A stretch of DNA of 64,000 nucleotides, from the NCBI GenBank assembly GCA_963836235.1, contig CAWIIP010000004.1, positions 320,001 through 384,000 of the forward strand, given 5' to 3'. The position numbers and the translations under genes were made by a program. Of this stretch, positions 9,901-20,564 are shown one piece after another. A model generated the notes under the pieces. That model did not search any database. It was not told the origin of the DNA and worked only from the letters and a program-made list of their open reading frames with translations. The stretch is from an uncultured Pseudomonadota bacterium (GTDB lineage Bacteria; Oederibacteriota; Muellerivitia; Muellerivitales; Muellerivitaceae). Numbering within the stretch: the stretch's first letter is position 1; each line of letters opens with the position of its first letter.

Positions 9901-10963
9901 ATATTCCATTCCCCGTTTGGAAAAACTTAACTCCCAACCGGAAGTCCAGAAGCTTTTAAAGGGCCTTCTGGACCATCCCGGCGTCCAAACCTTTCTTTGG
10001 GTTGGGCCGGAAGGGGTTGGCAAGAAAACCTACGCCCTTTCCCTGGTGCGAAGCCTTTTCTGCAAGGAGGGGGTGGATTGCGAAGGTTGCGCAACCTGCA
10101 AGCAGGTTCTCAGCAAAGGCCATCCCGATCTGTTTTGGGTCCATCGGGACCATTTCTGGAGCGATGATCCGGACGATAAGAAAAAACAAGGGATCGTGGT
10201 GGATGTGGCTAAACGCCTTTCGGAAAAGCTCAACCGGGCGCCTTTCTCGGGGCCTTTCAATGTTGCCGTCATTCCCAATGCGGAGGAATTAAACAAGGAC
10301 GCCCAAAATGTCCTTTTGAAAACCCTCGAGGAACCACCGGCCAACTCTCTTGTGATTTTATTGGCCGAAAAGACGGGCGAATTCCTTCCTACTGTTCTTT
10401 CTCGTTGCCGTTTGGTGCGTTTTCCCGCTGTGCACACAAAGACCATCGAGGAAATCTTGGTGAGGGATTATGGATGGAAAAAGCCCGAGGCGTTGAAAAC
10501 GTCCGAGGAAGCCAATGGCAATTTGGCCCTGGCGTTGAAATTGGCTGATGAAAACTGGGCCGAATTTCGGGATAAGGTATGCGGGGATTTTGACAAGGCT
10601 CTCCAAGGGCCGGATGAGGAGTGGCTTTCCTTGGTCAGTGAATATGACCAGTGGGAACCCGACTTTTTAGGCGATAGGGAAATGACGGCCACTCAACGAA
10701 AGGGCGAGGTGTTGACGGCGGCGTTCCAGGTTTACTTGGCCTTGTGGTCCCGACGCTTGTCGGGTGGCGCGGAAATCCCCGCCCGATTAGTTTCCTTGCC
10801 ATCGGATGTAGTCTTAAAGTGCCTGCAAAAACACCAAGATATGATACCGACTAATTTGAATTCGAGGATGATACTGGATCACTTATTCATGGAATTACGG
10901 GAAGGATTCAAGAGGGGCGAACTTCTTAATCGTTCCTTTTCGGAAATGTCGGTTCAACTTTAG
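9893..10963 (+). CDS. holB: DNA polymerase III subunit delta'
   Basis: GPEGVGK, Zn finger C..CEGCATC, HPD, LLKTLEEPP, LPTVLSRC; tmk-holB synteny. Confidence 0.92.
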   Translation: MAEYSIPRLEKLNSQPEVQKLLKGLLDHPGVQTFLWVGPEGVGKKTYALSLVRSLFCKEGVDCEGCATCKQVLSKGHPDLFWVHRDHFWSDDPDDKKKQGIVVDVAKRLSEKLNRAPFSGPFNVAVIPNAEELNKDAQNVLLKTLEEPPANSLVILLAEKTGEFLPTVLSRCRLVRFPAVHTKTIEEILVRDYGWKKPEALKTSEEANGNLALALKLADENWAEFRDKVCGDFDKALQGPDEEWLSLVSEYDQWEPDFLGDREMTATQRKGEVLTAAFQVYLALWSRRLSGGAEIPARLVSLPSDVVLKCLQKHQDMIPTNLNSRMILDHLFMELREGFKRGELLNRSFSEMSVQL

Positions 10964-10985
10964 CATAATCTAAACGGAGAACAGG

Positions 10986-12542
10986 ATGTCTGAAACCAAA
11001 AAAACCTTTTACGTCACTACTCCCATTTACTATGTGAACGACGTGCCCCACATCGGGCATGCCTATTCCACCGTGGGTGCGGATGCCCTTGCCCGATTCA
11101 AACGTATGGATGGGTACGATGTCTTCTTCTTGACAGGCACGGACGAGCACGGCCAGAAGATCGCCAAGACCGCCCAAGAGGAAGGTTTGGAACCCAAACA
11201 ATTGGCCGACCGAGTTGTGGAAAGATTCAAGGAAGCCTGGGTTAAACTAGGCATTTCAAATGATTCTTTCATCCGGACGACCGATGAAAATCACGTGAGG
11301 GCCGCCCAAGCTTTCTTCAAAAAAGTGATGGATGCGGGGTTTATCTACAAGGCTGATTATGAGGGGTGGTATTGTCTCCCCGATGAGAAATTCCTGTTAG
11401 ATTCCGAGGTGGTGGATGGAAAGTGCCCGGATTGCGGTCGGCCAGTGGAACGGATCAAGGAACAAAATTATTTCTTCAAGATGTCGGCCTTTCAGAAACA
11501 ATTGGAACGACATTTAGAAGAACACCCTGAATTTCTCCAGCCTGCGTCCCGTAAAAATGAACTCATTAATAATTTCATCAAACCAGGATTGGCCGACGTA
11601 TCCATTACCCGGTCCTCTGTTAAATGGGGCGTAAAGGCTCCCGTGCCGGAAACCGCGGTCATTTATGTTTGGTTTGACGCTCTGGTGAACTACCTTTCGG
11701 CATTGGGTTGGCCGGATGGGGAAAATTATAAGAAATTCTGGCCCGCCGATGTCCATATTATTGGAAAGGACATCCTGCGGTTCCATACCACTATCTGGCC
11801 GACCGCCCTCATGGCCGCGGGCATACCGCTTCCGAAGAAAGTTTTTGGGACAGGGTATATCAACAAAGACGGCAAGAAGATGTCTAAAAGTCTTGGGAAC
11901 GTGGTGGACCCTTTCGAATTGGTGGCCGCCTATGGTCCGGACGCCTTGCGCTATTACTTGCTTCGAGAAATAGCGTTCGGTTTGGATGGAAACTATACCG
12001 ACGAATCCTTCCAATTGCGTTTCAACGGCGACCTGGCCAATGACCTGGGTAATCTGGTGAGTCGTAGTCTTACCATGTTGGAGAAGTATTTTGAAGGCGT
12101 TGTCCCTAAACCGGGATCTTCGGGAGAATTTGAAAACCAATTAGCCGCAATTGCCAAGGCCTATCCTTCCAAATCGAGGACAGCTATGGATAATCTGGAA
12201 TTTCACACCACTTTGACCCAGGCTTGGGACTTGGTCAAACGCTCCAACAAGTACATTGAGGAAACGTCACCTTGGAAGGTGGCCAAAGAAGGGGATGTGA
12301 GCAAAGAAAAGCTGGCAACGATCCTATATTCACTCATGGAATCTTTGCGGGTAACGGCTATTTCCATTGCGCCTTTTTTGCCTTTTACGGCCCAGGCCAT
12401 TTGGAGCCAATTGGGTTATAGGGATGATGTGCACAAACATTCGCTCAAAGAAACCGAAGAATGGGGCCTGATTCCGGTTGGACAAAAGATTGTCAAGGGA
12501 CCGCCTCTGTTTCCGCGTATTGAAAAGGAAAAGAAGAAATAA
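10986..12542 (+). CDS. metG: Methionine--tRNA ligase (short form)
   Basis: TTPIYYVN, HIGH, YVWFDAL, KMSKS. Confidence 0.98.
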   Translation: MSETKKTFYVTTPIYYVNDVPHIGHAYSTVGADALARFKRMDGYDVFFLTGTDEHGQKIAKTAQEEGLEPKQLADRVVERFKEAWVKLGISNDSFIRTTDENHVRAAQAFFKKVMDAGFIYKADYEGWYCLPDEKFLLDSEVVDGKCPDCGRPVERIKEQNYFFKMSAFQKQLERHLEEHPEFLQPASRKNELINNFIKPGLADVSITRSSVKWGVKAPVPETAVIYVWFDALVNYLSALGWPDGENYKKFWPADVHIIGKDILRFHTTIWPTALMAAGIPLPKKVFGTGYINKDGKKMSKSLGNVVDPFELVAAYGPDALRYYLLREIAFGLDGNYTDESFQLRFNGDLANDLGNLVSRSLTMLEKYFEGVVPKPGSSGEFENQLAAIAKAYPSKSRTAMDNLEFHTTLTQAWDLVKRSNKYIEETSPWKVAKEGDVSKEKLATILYSLMESLRVTAISIAPFLPFTAQAIWSQLGYRDDVHKHSLKETEEWGLIPVGQKIVKGPPLFPRIEKEKKK

Positions 12543-13309
12543 TGACAGTTCTCGTTGATTCACACTGCCATTTGGATGACGAGCGCCTCTTGGCCGACGA
12601 GGAAACTATCCTCCGGAAAGCCAAGGAATTCGGGGTGGAATTCCTCGTGACCATCGGCACGGACGAGAAGACTTCGGCGGCGGCGGCCCAGATTGCTTCC
12701 CGCCATAATGGCAGGGTCTACCACACGGTAGGAGCGCATCCCTCCGATGTGGATCGGTTTGGAGAGGCCGAATTGGTTGAGATCGAAAGGCTGGCGAGGG
12801 AAACGAAGCCTAAGGCAATCGGCGAAATCGGATTGGATTATTACCATGATTCCAACCGGGAAAAGCAGGCCGTGGTTTTTGAACGAATGATCCATCTGGC
12901 CCGGAGTTTATCCCTTCCCATCGTTATTCATGACCGGGACGCTCACGAGGATATCCATCGAATCCTGAGTGATAAGGCGAAAGGCTTGAAAATCATGATG
13001 CATTGTTATTCCGCGGGGCCGGGTTTCGTGGACCGGTTTATGGATTTAGGCTGTCTTTTCTCTATCGCGGGACCGGTAACCTTTAAGAACGGCCAGGACC
13101 ACCGGGACGCCGTGGTGAAAATTCCCCTGGATCGATTGGTGGTTGAAACCGATTCTCCCTATTTAACCCCGCATCCTTTCCGGGGTCAGCGTAACGAACC
13201 GGCTTACGTGAAGTTCACCGCCGAGAAAGTCGCCGAAGTTAAAGGGGTGAGTCTTGAGGAATTGGCCGATGCCACCACCCAAAACGCCAGGAAATTTTTC
13301 GGAATCTGA
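12542..13309 (+). CDS. tatD: TatD family hydrolase
   Basis: DSHCHL, GEIGLDY, IHDRDA, ETDSPYL, RNEP. Confidence 0.95.
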   Translation: MTVLVDSHCHLDDERLLADEETILRKAKEFGVEFLVTIGTDEKTSAAAAQIASRHNGRVYHTVGAHPSDVDRFGEAELVEIERLARETKPKAIGEIGLDYYHDSNREKQAVVFERMIHLARSLSLPIVIHDRDAHEDIHRILSDKAKGLKIMMHCYSAGPGFVDRFMDLGCLFSIAGPVTFKNGQDHRDAVVKIPLDRLVVETDSPYLTPHPFRGQRNEPAYVKFTAEKVAEVKGVSLEELADATTQNARKFFGI

Positions 13310-13312
13310 GAA

Positions 13313-15241
13313 CTATTGTGGCGAGAGGGATTGTACCATTTGAAGGGCAACGGGATTTTGGGGTCGGTCCCTTAAGACTCGCCTCATACAAGTAAGTGCC
13401 TCGTTGTACCGTTTGCCATAGTAATAAAGACAACCCAAATTGTAGTAATAGTCGTAATACCGGCCTTGAGTCCGTTGAATCCCCTCCAACAGACATGTTT
13501 CCGCCACTTCGGGGTGACCGGTGTAGGTTGTGAAAATCCCAAGGTTCAAAAGGCCGTTGGAATAAGTCGAAGGTTCGTAAAAGTCCCTCCCAAAACAGCT
13601 CAAGTCCGAAGCTGGAGTCGCCGAAAGTAGGGATGGGGCTTGGGAGATAATGGTTTTGGAAAGTCCCCTCTCTGCCAAAAGCCGGTCGTAATCCAGCCCC
13701 GTTATTTGGTCCATATAGCTTTTACGAAGATAGAGTGCGGTACATTCATCCAGGTAGACCAGTCTCCAATCGGGACTTTGGTTGAGATAGACTATCCATT
13801 GCATAGCATAGAGCGGGTTGAAGAAAAAAATGTCGGGTTTGTACTTTTCGATCAGGGCTTGCGGGCCCGCTTCGCCTAACGATGCCGAATATTCCCCAAG
13901 GAATTCTCCGCCCATCACGTCCAAACGGCCATCCATAAAGGTTTTTTGCGGCCCCTGCCAGTCCAGCCAATCGCCCGCGTCCAGGGTATTGATAATCCTT
14001 CCGTCCAAATGGTTTTGGGCCAGGAACTGACAGGCCCGGACCGGCAAGGTTTCCTGATCCAGCCCAAGCCCAAAACGGTCGGAAAGCCTGTCCGAAACAT
14101 AATGGGCATTAGTGAGCACCCGAAGTCCGAACCCCAAAAGAAACAGCGCTAAGACCCAGGCGGTGAAGGGCAGGGCTATAAAGCGATCCTGCAATTTTTG
14201 AAGCCAGGGCCATTCCAAGTCTGTCCAGCAAACAGTCGCCAGCGGGACGGAGGAGATCATGAATAAAGGGATGTTCCGCACGGCGACAACCGACAGACCG
14301 AAGAAAAAGACAACAAGAAGCCATTCACGAATTTTCCGGCGGCGGAAGGTGGCGGCCAGCAAGGCCAGCAAAAAGAGGCTGAAAGTCTTGTAGGCGAACA
14401 GATATAGGGCCGGTACCCAGGAAGAGGGGTCGTGAATGGACCAGGGCGGCTGGAATTCTTTGGCCATAAATTTGTAGATTTCGGATGAACCAAGGGTGCC
14501 GAGGAAAGAAAAGGGGAAAAGAAATCCCCGGATAAAATGAGGGTTCATAAGGCATAAGGCCAGCGATAGGAAGAAATATTTTAGGAGTTTCCTATCGGTT
14601 TTGGAGGAGGGGGAGAGTCCTGAAAGGGCGTAAAATCCCATTACCGCCCAACCAATGAAGAAAAGCCCCTCGGTATTGACCCAAATCCATTGAATCAGGG
14701 GAAGTAAGAATAAGAGGTCTTTCTTGGCCGTTGTCCTCCATTCCAATATCAAAAGCGTTAAGCCTAGAAGAACCCAACTGAGGACTTCCGGCCTCACCCT
14801 GATACGGGTTTCGGAAGCCAAAACAGCCGCCGCGAACAGGAGGACACATAGGCCAAAGGGGGTGGACTTTTCCCGCAAACGAATCCAAACAAGGAAAAAA
14901 GCGGCGATGGCCAAGAGGATGTGGGAAAGGGAAAGGCATTCATATCCACCTAGCCGGTAAAGAAGGTAGAGCGATACCTGGTAAAGGGATTCCATGTCCA
15001 GATATTCGTGACCGGCGACGGTATAAGTGTAGGTATCGATATTTGGAAATCGGTGGTTTTGTAATATCCATTGGCCGGTTCGCAAATGGAAGCCCACATC
15101 GGAATCGTTGAGGCGATGGGTTCCAAAAAGAATCAGCAAAAGAAAAGAACCTAGAAGGGGTAAAAGCCAAGGGGTTAAGTATGGAAACCGGTTAGAAGAA
15201 GTTGGAGAAATCGGAACCGGGATTGAGGGTGTTGAATTCAT
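13313..15241 (-). CDS. Polytopic membrane protein, GT-C-like, with C-terminal TPR
   Basis: About 10+ TM segments, first-loop DVGFHLRTGQWI motif, soluble FMDGRLD domain, terminal TPR (YYNLGCLYY..YNEA); ATG 15241 preferred over 15442. Confidence 0.6.
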   Translation of the reverse strand: MNSTPSIPVPISPTSSNRFPYLTPWLLPLLGSFLLLILFGTHRLNDSDVGFHLRTGQWILQNHRFPNIDTYTYTVAGHEYLDMESLYQVSLYLLYRLGGYECLSLSHILLAIAAFFLVWIRLREKSTPFGLCVLLFAAAVLASETRIRVRPEVLSWVLLGLTLLILEWRTTAKKDLLFLLPLIQWIWVNTEGLFFIGWAVMGFYALSGLSPSSKTDRKLLKYFFLSLALCLMNPHFIRGFLFPFSFLGTLGSSEIYKFMAKEFQPPWSIHDPSSWVPALYLFAYKTFSLFLLALLAATFRRRKIREWLLVVFFFGLSVVAVRNIPLFMISSVPLATVCWTDLEWPWLQKLQDRFIALPFTAWVLALFLLGFGLRVLTNAHYVSDRLSDRFGLGLDQETLPVRACQFLAQNHLDGRIINTLDAGDWLDWQGPQKTFMDGRLDVMGGEFLGEYSASLGEAGPQALIEKYKPDIFFFNPLYAMQWIVYLNQSPDWRLVYLDECTALYLRKSYMDQITGLDYDRLLAERGLSKTIISQAPSLLSATPASDLSCFGRDFYEPSTYSNGLLNLGIFTTYTGHPEVAETCLLEGIQRTQGRYYDYYYNLGCLYYYGKRYNEALTCMRRVLRDRPQNPVALQMVQSLSPQ

Positions 15242-15339
15242 CGGCCAATTATAACAAAGGGGATTTTTTCGGTGATTTTGGCTTTTCGTGTTTCGAAAGG
15301 CGATTATGTTGTTTTTGCCGCTTTTTACCAATCCTCCTA

Positions 15340-15367
15340 TTGGCTTTGAAGCCCTTCCGAGTAAAAT
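15340..15367 (+). promoter_or_regulatory. Putative sigma70 promoter of trp operon
   Basis: TTGGCT-16 nt-TAAAAT, upstream of a structured leader. Confidence 0.45.
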
Positions 15368-15380
15368 AACCCTCCCATTT

Positions 15381-15500
15381 ACGCAGTTCTTCGATTGTGA
15401 ATGGGGCCCCCGGCCCCAAATTGAGAACTGTGTCACCCTCATTCCTTTAATCGGGCTTTGCCCGATATGGTTAGGAAAAACGAGGGTACCCTGAAAGGCT
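15381..15500 (+). ncRNA. Candidate structured 5' leader of trpD
   Basis: Two long tandem hairpins, 15381-15433 and 15435-15487, found by manual pairing. Confidence 0.45.
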
Positions 15501-15505
15501 GGGCC

Positions 15506-16531
15506 ATGATTCGTGAATCTTTAGTCAAACTATCGCAAAAGCAATCTCTCGCCGAAAAAGAGACCTACGATTGCATGCTGGAAATATTGGAGGGCCATGC
15601 CACGCCGGCTCAAGTGGCGGGTTATCTTTCTTTTTTAAATTACAAAGGTGAAACAGCCGCGGAAGTGGTGGGGAGCGTCAAGGCCATGCGGGAAAAGATG
15701 GTCCGGGTCAACGCCGAAGGGCTCGCGGCCATCGATGTTTGCGGGACCGGGGGCGACCACCGGGGGACCTTCAATATTTCAACCTGCGCGGCCCTCGTAC
15801 TGGCCGGGGGGGATGTGGTGGTGGCCAAACACGGCAATCGGGCGGCATCCAGCCAATGCGGCAGCGCGGAAGTCCTGGACACCCTGGGGGTCAAAATCGA
15901 CCCGACCACCCATGTCATCGAGAAATGCCTGCAAGAGGCGAAGATCGCCTTTCTGTTCGCGCCTCATTTTCATCCGGCCATGAAGAACGTCGGAGCGGTT
16001 CGCAAAGAATTGGGCATTCGCACCTTGTTTAACATTTTGGGTCCCATGTGCAATCCGGCCTTGGTCAAGCGCCAGGTCATCGGGGTATTCGACCTGGAAA
16101 AGGCCAAGCTGATGGCCGAAGTCCTGGTGAAGGCCGGAAGCGACCGGGTCATCACACTTCATAGTCAGGAAGGGTTGGATGAAGTCTCCTGCGCGGGCCC
16201 GACCTCACTTTTCTTGGCCGAGAAGGGACCGGATTCTTCGGTTGATGTCACGGAAATGGTCATCCAGCCGGAGTCCTTCGGCTTTCAACGTCACGATCTG
16301 CAAGAACTGAAGGGAAGTGACGCGTCCGCCAATGCGAAGATTCTTACGGAAATTCTCCATGGCGAAAAGGGACCGCGCCGGGAAGCGGTTGTCATGAACG
16401 CGGCCATTGGCTTTTATGTCGCCGGCAAAGGCCCCACTTTTAAAGCCGGTCGGGAATTAGCCGAGGAATCCCTGGATTCGGGCAAGGCTTTGCAGGCCCT
16501 TGAAACCCTGAAGAAAGTATCCCATTCATGA
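15506..16531 (+). CDS. trpD: Anthranilate phosphoribosyltransferase
   Basis: DVCGTGGD, FNIST, KHGNRAASS, GLDE. Confidence 0.97.
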   Translation: MIRESLVKLSQKQSLAEKETYDCMLEILEGHATPAQVAGYLSFLNYKGETAAEVVGSVKAMREKMVRVNAEGLAAIDVCGTGGDHRGTFNISTCAALVLAGGDVVVAKHGNRAASSQCGSAEVLDTLGVKIDPTTHVIEKCLQEAKIAFLFAPHFHPAMKNVGAVRKELGIRTLFNILGPMCNPALVKRQVIGVFDLEKAKLMAEVLVKAGSDRVITLHSQEGLDEVSCAGPTSLFLAEKGPDSSVDVTEMVIQPESFGFQRHDLQELKGSDASANAKILTEILHGEKGPRREAVVMNAAIGFYVAGKGPTFKAGRELAEESLDSGKALQALETLKKVSHS

Positions 16532-17313
16532 GCATCCTTCAAAAAATCGCCGAAACCAAAAGAACGGAAATCGCCGAACTGAAAAAGACTCGGGGATTGT
16601 CCTCCCTGAAGGAAGGCGCTAAATCCAAAATGGCTCCCCGCGATTTTTTGAAAGCCGTCCACCGGCCCGGGAAGCTGTCCCTGATCGGCGAACTTAAAAA
16701 AGCGAGTCCTTCCAAAGGGGTATTGAGACAAGATTTTCAAATCGAACCTTTGGCGAAGTCCTATGCCAAGGCGGGTGTGGACGCTCTTTCGGTCCTGACG
16801 GATGTACAGTATTTTCAAGGTCACCTTTCTTATTTAAGAAAGGCCAAAGAAGTGTCGGGTCTGCCCGTTTTGCGGAAAGATTTCCTGATCGACGAGCATC
16901 AAATCTACGAGTCGCGTGAAGCGGGCGCGGATGCCATCCTCCTGATTGTGGCCATGATGCCCTCCGCTAAATTAAAAGAGCTGTTGGCGGTGGCAGATGA
17001 ATTGAAGATGACGACCTTAGTCGAAGTGCATGATGAAAGGGAGTTGGAGGTCGCGCTTCGTGTCGGAACCAAATTGATGGGGATCAATAACCGGAATCTG
17101 AATGATTTCACAGTGACCCTCCAAACCACCCTTGATTTAATCAAGAAATGTCCAAAGGATTTACCCATCGTCAGTGAAAGCGGTATCTTCACCCGGGAGG
17201 ATTGTTTGTTGCTGAAAGAGTCGGGGGCTTCGACTCTTCTCATTGGCGAGGCCTTCATGAGCGCTCCTGACGTGGAAGCCGCGGTAAAGGCTTTGTTCCC
17301 CCTGGAGGGTTGA
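16528..17313 (+). CDS. trpC: Indole-3-glycerol phosphate synthase
   Basis: ELKKASPSKG, LSVLTD, LRKDF, GINNRNL, SESGI. Confidence 0.97.
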   Translation: MSILQKIAETKRTEIAELKKTRGLSSLKEGAKSKMAPRDFLKAVHRPGKLSLIGELKKASPSKGVLRQDFQIEPLAKSYAKAGVDALSVLTDVQYFQGHLSYLRKAKEVSGLPVLRKDFLIDEHQIYESREAGADAILLIVAMMPSAKLKELLAVADELKMTTLVEVHDERELEVALRVGTKLMGINNRNLNDFTVTLQTTLDLIKKCPKDLPIVSESGIFTREDCLLLKESGASTLLIGEAFMSAPDVEAAVKALFPLEG

Positions 17314-17949
17314 ATGTTTCGAGTCAAGATTTGCGGGGTCACCCGCCCGATCGACGTTCAAATGATCGCCAAAGCCGGGGCGGATGCCATTGGGTTCCAA
17401 ATGTCCATGGGCCCCCGCAAGATTACCCCATTGCAGGCCAAGCGGTTGATCAAGCGGATTCCGCCTTGGGTGACGCCCGTCGGTGTTTTCGTTAACGAAG
17501 CGCTTTCCAAGGTAAAAAGGTTGATTAAACTTTGCGGTTTCCAAGTTGTCCAATTACACGGAGAGGAAACGGAGTCCTATTGCGAGAAAATCAATGTTCC
17601 CGTCATCAAGGTCATTCGGATGAAAAATGCAATGGCTTACAATGATTTCCAGGGCTTTCGGGTTGCGGCCTTTTTGTTGGACTCCTATAATAAAAACATT
17701 CCCGGTGGAACCGGACAAATGTTTCAGTTCTCATGGGCCCGGAAGGCCGTTCAAAAACTTCCAGCCCCGGTTTTGATAGCGGGTGGTTTAACATCTGACA
17801 ATGTCCAAAAGGCTATCCGGTTTTCCCGTGCTTTTGGAGTGGATGTTTCCAGCGGTGTGGAAGCCCGGCCCGGCCTCAAAGATCCCCGTAAAGTTTCCCT
17901 TTTCATTCGTCGCGCGCAAAGTGCCTTTCGTACTCTTAAAGGAAATTGA
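17314..17949 (+). CDS. trpF: Phosphoribosylanthranilate isomerase
   Basis: VKICG, QLHG, GGTG, AGGL, DVSSGVE. Confidence 0.96.
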   Translation: MFRVKICGVTRPIDVQMIAKAGADAIGFQMSMGPRKITPLQAKRLIKRIPPWVTPVGVFVNEALSKVKRLIKLCGFQVVQLHGEETESYCEKINVPVIKVIRMKNAMAYNDFQGFRVAAFLLDSYNKNIPGGTGQMFQFSWARKAVQKLPAPVLIAGGLTSDNVQKAIRFSRAFGVDVSSGVEARPGLKDPRKVSLFIRRAQSAFRTLKGN

Positions 17950-17955
17950 GGCTCC

Positions 17956-18534
17956 ATGGCCGACCAGAAGTCGCTCACCATCAAATTGGCACATATTTAC
18001 TATCACACGGGCAGTTGGGACAAAGCCATTGTGGAGTACGAGAAGATTATCGCCATGGACCCCGCCGACTTTAATGTCCACGTGACCTTGGGTGAGTTGT
18101 ATTTAAAAAAAGGGGATTTGGAAAGATCTTTCAAGGAATTCGAACTTTCCGCCAATGGGTATTTGCGGGAAAAGAACGTCAAGAAAGCCGCGGGCGCTTA
18201 TCGTGAGATGGCCAATTTGATCCAGAAAATGATTGAACCCCAAGATTTGGAAAAGGCTATTGTCTTGTATAAAGAAATTTTAGTAAAAATGCCGGAGTCG
18301 ACGGAGACCATGACCAATCTGCGTGATCTTTACCTGAGACATAACCAAATTGCCGAAGCGATTTCCTATACCCTTTCCTTGGGCGATCTTTATAATCGCC
18401 TGGATTACGTGGACAAGGCCGAAAATGAATATGTCAAAGCGGCCACCTTGGATCCGGCCCATGAGGGCGCCAAGGGGAAACTGGAACAATTGCGAAATGA
18501 ACTCAAGCAAACCAAGCCTCCAGGAGATGGGTAA
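17956..18534 (+). CDS. Tetratricopeptide repeat protein
   Basis: TPR patterns ([38 protein letters not shown]); no signal peptide. Confidence 0.8.
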   Translation: MADQKSLTIKLAHIYYHTGSWDKAIVEYEKIIAMDPADFNVHVTLGELYLKKGDLERSFKEFELSANGYLREKNVKKAAGAYREMANLIQKMIEPQDLEKAIVLYKEILVKMPESTETMTNLRDLYLRHNQIAEAISYTLSLGDLYNRLDYVDKAENEYVKAATLDPAHEGAKGKLEQLRNELKQTKPPGDG

Positions 18535-19744
18535 GGTGGCCTCCATCCCGAACGATCAAGGTTACTTCGGACCCTATGGGGGTCAGTATGTGCCTGAAAC
18601 TCTGATGGTGGCTTTGCGCGAATTGATCACCGCCTATGACCAATCTCGCCGAGACCCCCGATTCAAGAAAGAAATCCAGTATTACCTGTCCGAATATGAT
18701 GGAAGGCCCACACCTCTTACTTTCGCGGCGAATTTGACACGGCTTCTCAAGGGAGGCCGGATTTATCTGAAAAGGGAGGATTTGAACCACACTGGGGCCC
18801 ATAAAATAAATAATTGCCTTGGCCAAATCCTTTTAGCCCGTCGAATGGGAAAAAAACGCGTCATTGCCGAGACCGGAGCGGGCCAGCATGGGGTGGCCAC
18901 CGCCACCGTTTGCGCTTTGTTTGGAATGCGATGCGAAGTCTATATGGGTGAGGAAGATGTCCGCCGCCAGGCCTTGAATGTTTTTCGCATGAAGCTATTA
19001 GGAGCCCAGGTCCACGCTGTTTCCGCCGGCACCAAAACCCTCAAAGACGCCATGAGCGAGGCTATCCGGGATTGGGTAACCAATGTTAGGACGACCTATT
19101 ACCTGATCGGTTCCACCGCTGGTCCCCATCCCTATCCGATGATTGTGCGGGATTTCCAGAAGGTGATCGGTCAGGAAGCCCGCCGCCAGATTTTAATGCA
19201 GGCAGGAAAGCTACCGGATACTTTAGTGGCTTGTGTCAACGGCGGTTCAAACGCAATCGGATTGTTTTATCCCTTTATTCGGGATAAGAAGGTGAAAATG
19301 ATTGGGGTAGAAGCCGCTGGTGACGGGGTCAAAACCCGCCGGCATGCCGCCACCATGGAGAAAGGGAAGCCCGGCGTTCTGCATGGCAGCTATAGCTATG
19401 TGCTGCAGGACAAAGACGGCCAGATTGCCGAGACCCATTCCATCTCAGCGGGGTTGGATTATCCCGGGGTGGGACCTGAACACGCCTGGTTGAAAGATAC
19501 GAAGAGAGCATCTTATGTTTCGGTGACGGATAAACAGGCTTTGGAAGCTTTTCAAATATTGGCCCGCAATGAAGGCATCCTTCCGGCTTTGGAAAGCGCC
19601 CATGCGGTCTACCAGGCCATGAAAATAGCGCCCCGGATGAAAAAAAACTCGATTCTGATCGTGAACCTTTCAGGACGGGGGGATAAAGATGTTAATACCG
19701 TTCTGGAACGCCTAGGTCCCGGTTTTCAAGGTGGAAAGAAGTGA
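18527..19744 (+). CDS. trpB: Tryptophan synthase beta chain
   Basis: [48 protein letters not shown]; ATG 18527. Confidence 0.98.
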   Translation: MGKVASIPNDQGYFGPYGGQYVPETLMVALRELITAYDQSRRDPRFKKEIQYYLSEYDGRPTPLTFAANLTRLLKGGRIYLKREDLNHTGAHKINNCLGQILLARRMGKKRVIAETGAGQHGVATATVCALFGMRCEVYMGEEDVRRQALNVFRMKLLGAQVHAVSAGTKTLKDAMSEAIRDWVTNVRTTYYLIGSTAGPHPYPMIVRDFQKVIGQEARRQILMQAGKLPDTLVACVNGGSNAIGLFYPFIRDKKVKMIGVEAAGDGVKTRRHAATMEKGKPGVLHGSYSYVLQDKDGQIAETHSISAGLDYPGVGPEHAWLKDTKRASYVSVTDKQALEAFQILARNEGILPALESAHAVYQAMKIAPRMKKNSILIVNLSGRGDKDVNTVLERLGPGFQGGKK

Positions 19745-20547
19745 GCCGCCGACTCCATCGCCTGTTCCAAGAGGCAAAAGATCATCATAAGCCTCTTTTT
19801 TTACCTTATATCTGTTTGGGGTATCCTAACTATAAGGCATCTTTGGAATCCGCAAAAGCGGCTCTGGAAGCCGGTGCCGCAGCATTGGAATTGGGAGTAC
19901 CCTTTTCCGATCCGATCGCGGATGGACCCACGCTTCAAAAAGCTACCCACCTTTCTCTCAAAAACGGAACCCGTTTCTCAGATGTCTTCCGAATGATCAA
20001 AGATTTGCGAAAGAGTAATTTTTCCCAACCCCTGTTGGTCATGACTTATTTAAACTTGGTGGAACAAATGGGCCGTGAAAAATTCGCCGAAGTTCTTTCG
20101 AACTCTGGGGGCGATGGAGCAATTATTCCTGACTTGCCTCTGGAACAATTTGCCCCTCTTCGTTTATTGCTGCGCCGAAAAAACCTAGCCTTAATCCCCT
20201 TTATTGCCCCCACTTCCAATGATGAAAGGATCAAAAAGGCCGATGCCCAAGGGGCTCCTTTTTTGTATTATGTCTCGGTTACCGGGGTTACCGGGGCCCG
20301 CAAAAGGCTGGCGCCTGATCTTTTGGCGACCTTGGGACGTTTACGGCACCAGTTGAGGACGCCGTTGGTAGTTGGATTCGGCATCTCCACGCCGGCCCAG
20401 GCGGCGCAGGTTGGAAAGACTGCGGATGGAGTGATCATCGCGAGTGCGTTGGTGCAATTGATTTCAAAAACCAAGCTCCCCGAAATCGGAAGAGCCGTTG
20501 GCGTATTTTGTCGGCAGGTCGTAAAACAATTATCGGCAGGCAGTTGA
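19741..20547 (+). CDS. trpA: Tryptophan synthase alpha chain
   Basis: [31 protein letters not shown]. Confidence 0.97.
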   Translation: MSRRLHRLFQEAKDHHKPLFLPYICLGYPNYKASLESAKAALEAGAAALELGVPFSDPIADGPTLQKATHLSLKNGTRFSDVFRMIKDLRKSNFSQPLLVMTYLNLVEQMGREKFAEVLSNSGGDGAIIPDLPLEQFAPLRLLLRRKNLALIPFIAPTSNDERIKKADAQGAPFLYYVSVTGVTGARKRLAPDLLATLGRLRHQLRTPLVVGFGISTPAQAAQVGKTADGVIIASALVQLISKTKLPEIGRAVGVFCRQVVKQLSAGS

Positions 20548-20564
20548 CGGTTTTTAGTTAAGGT

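Noticed and set aside
15374-15505. Classical trp attenuator, T-box or TRAP site
   Set aside because: No short ORF with tandem TGG codons, no T-box core sequence, no (G/U)AG repeat run, no terminator U-tract
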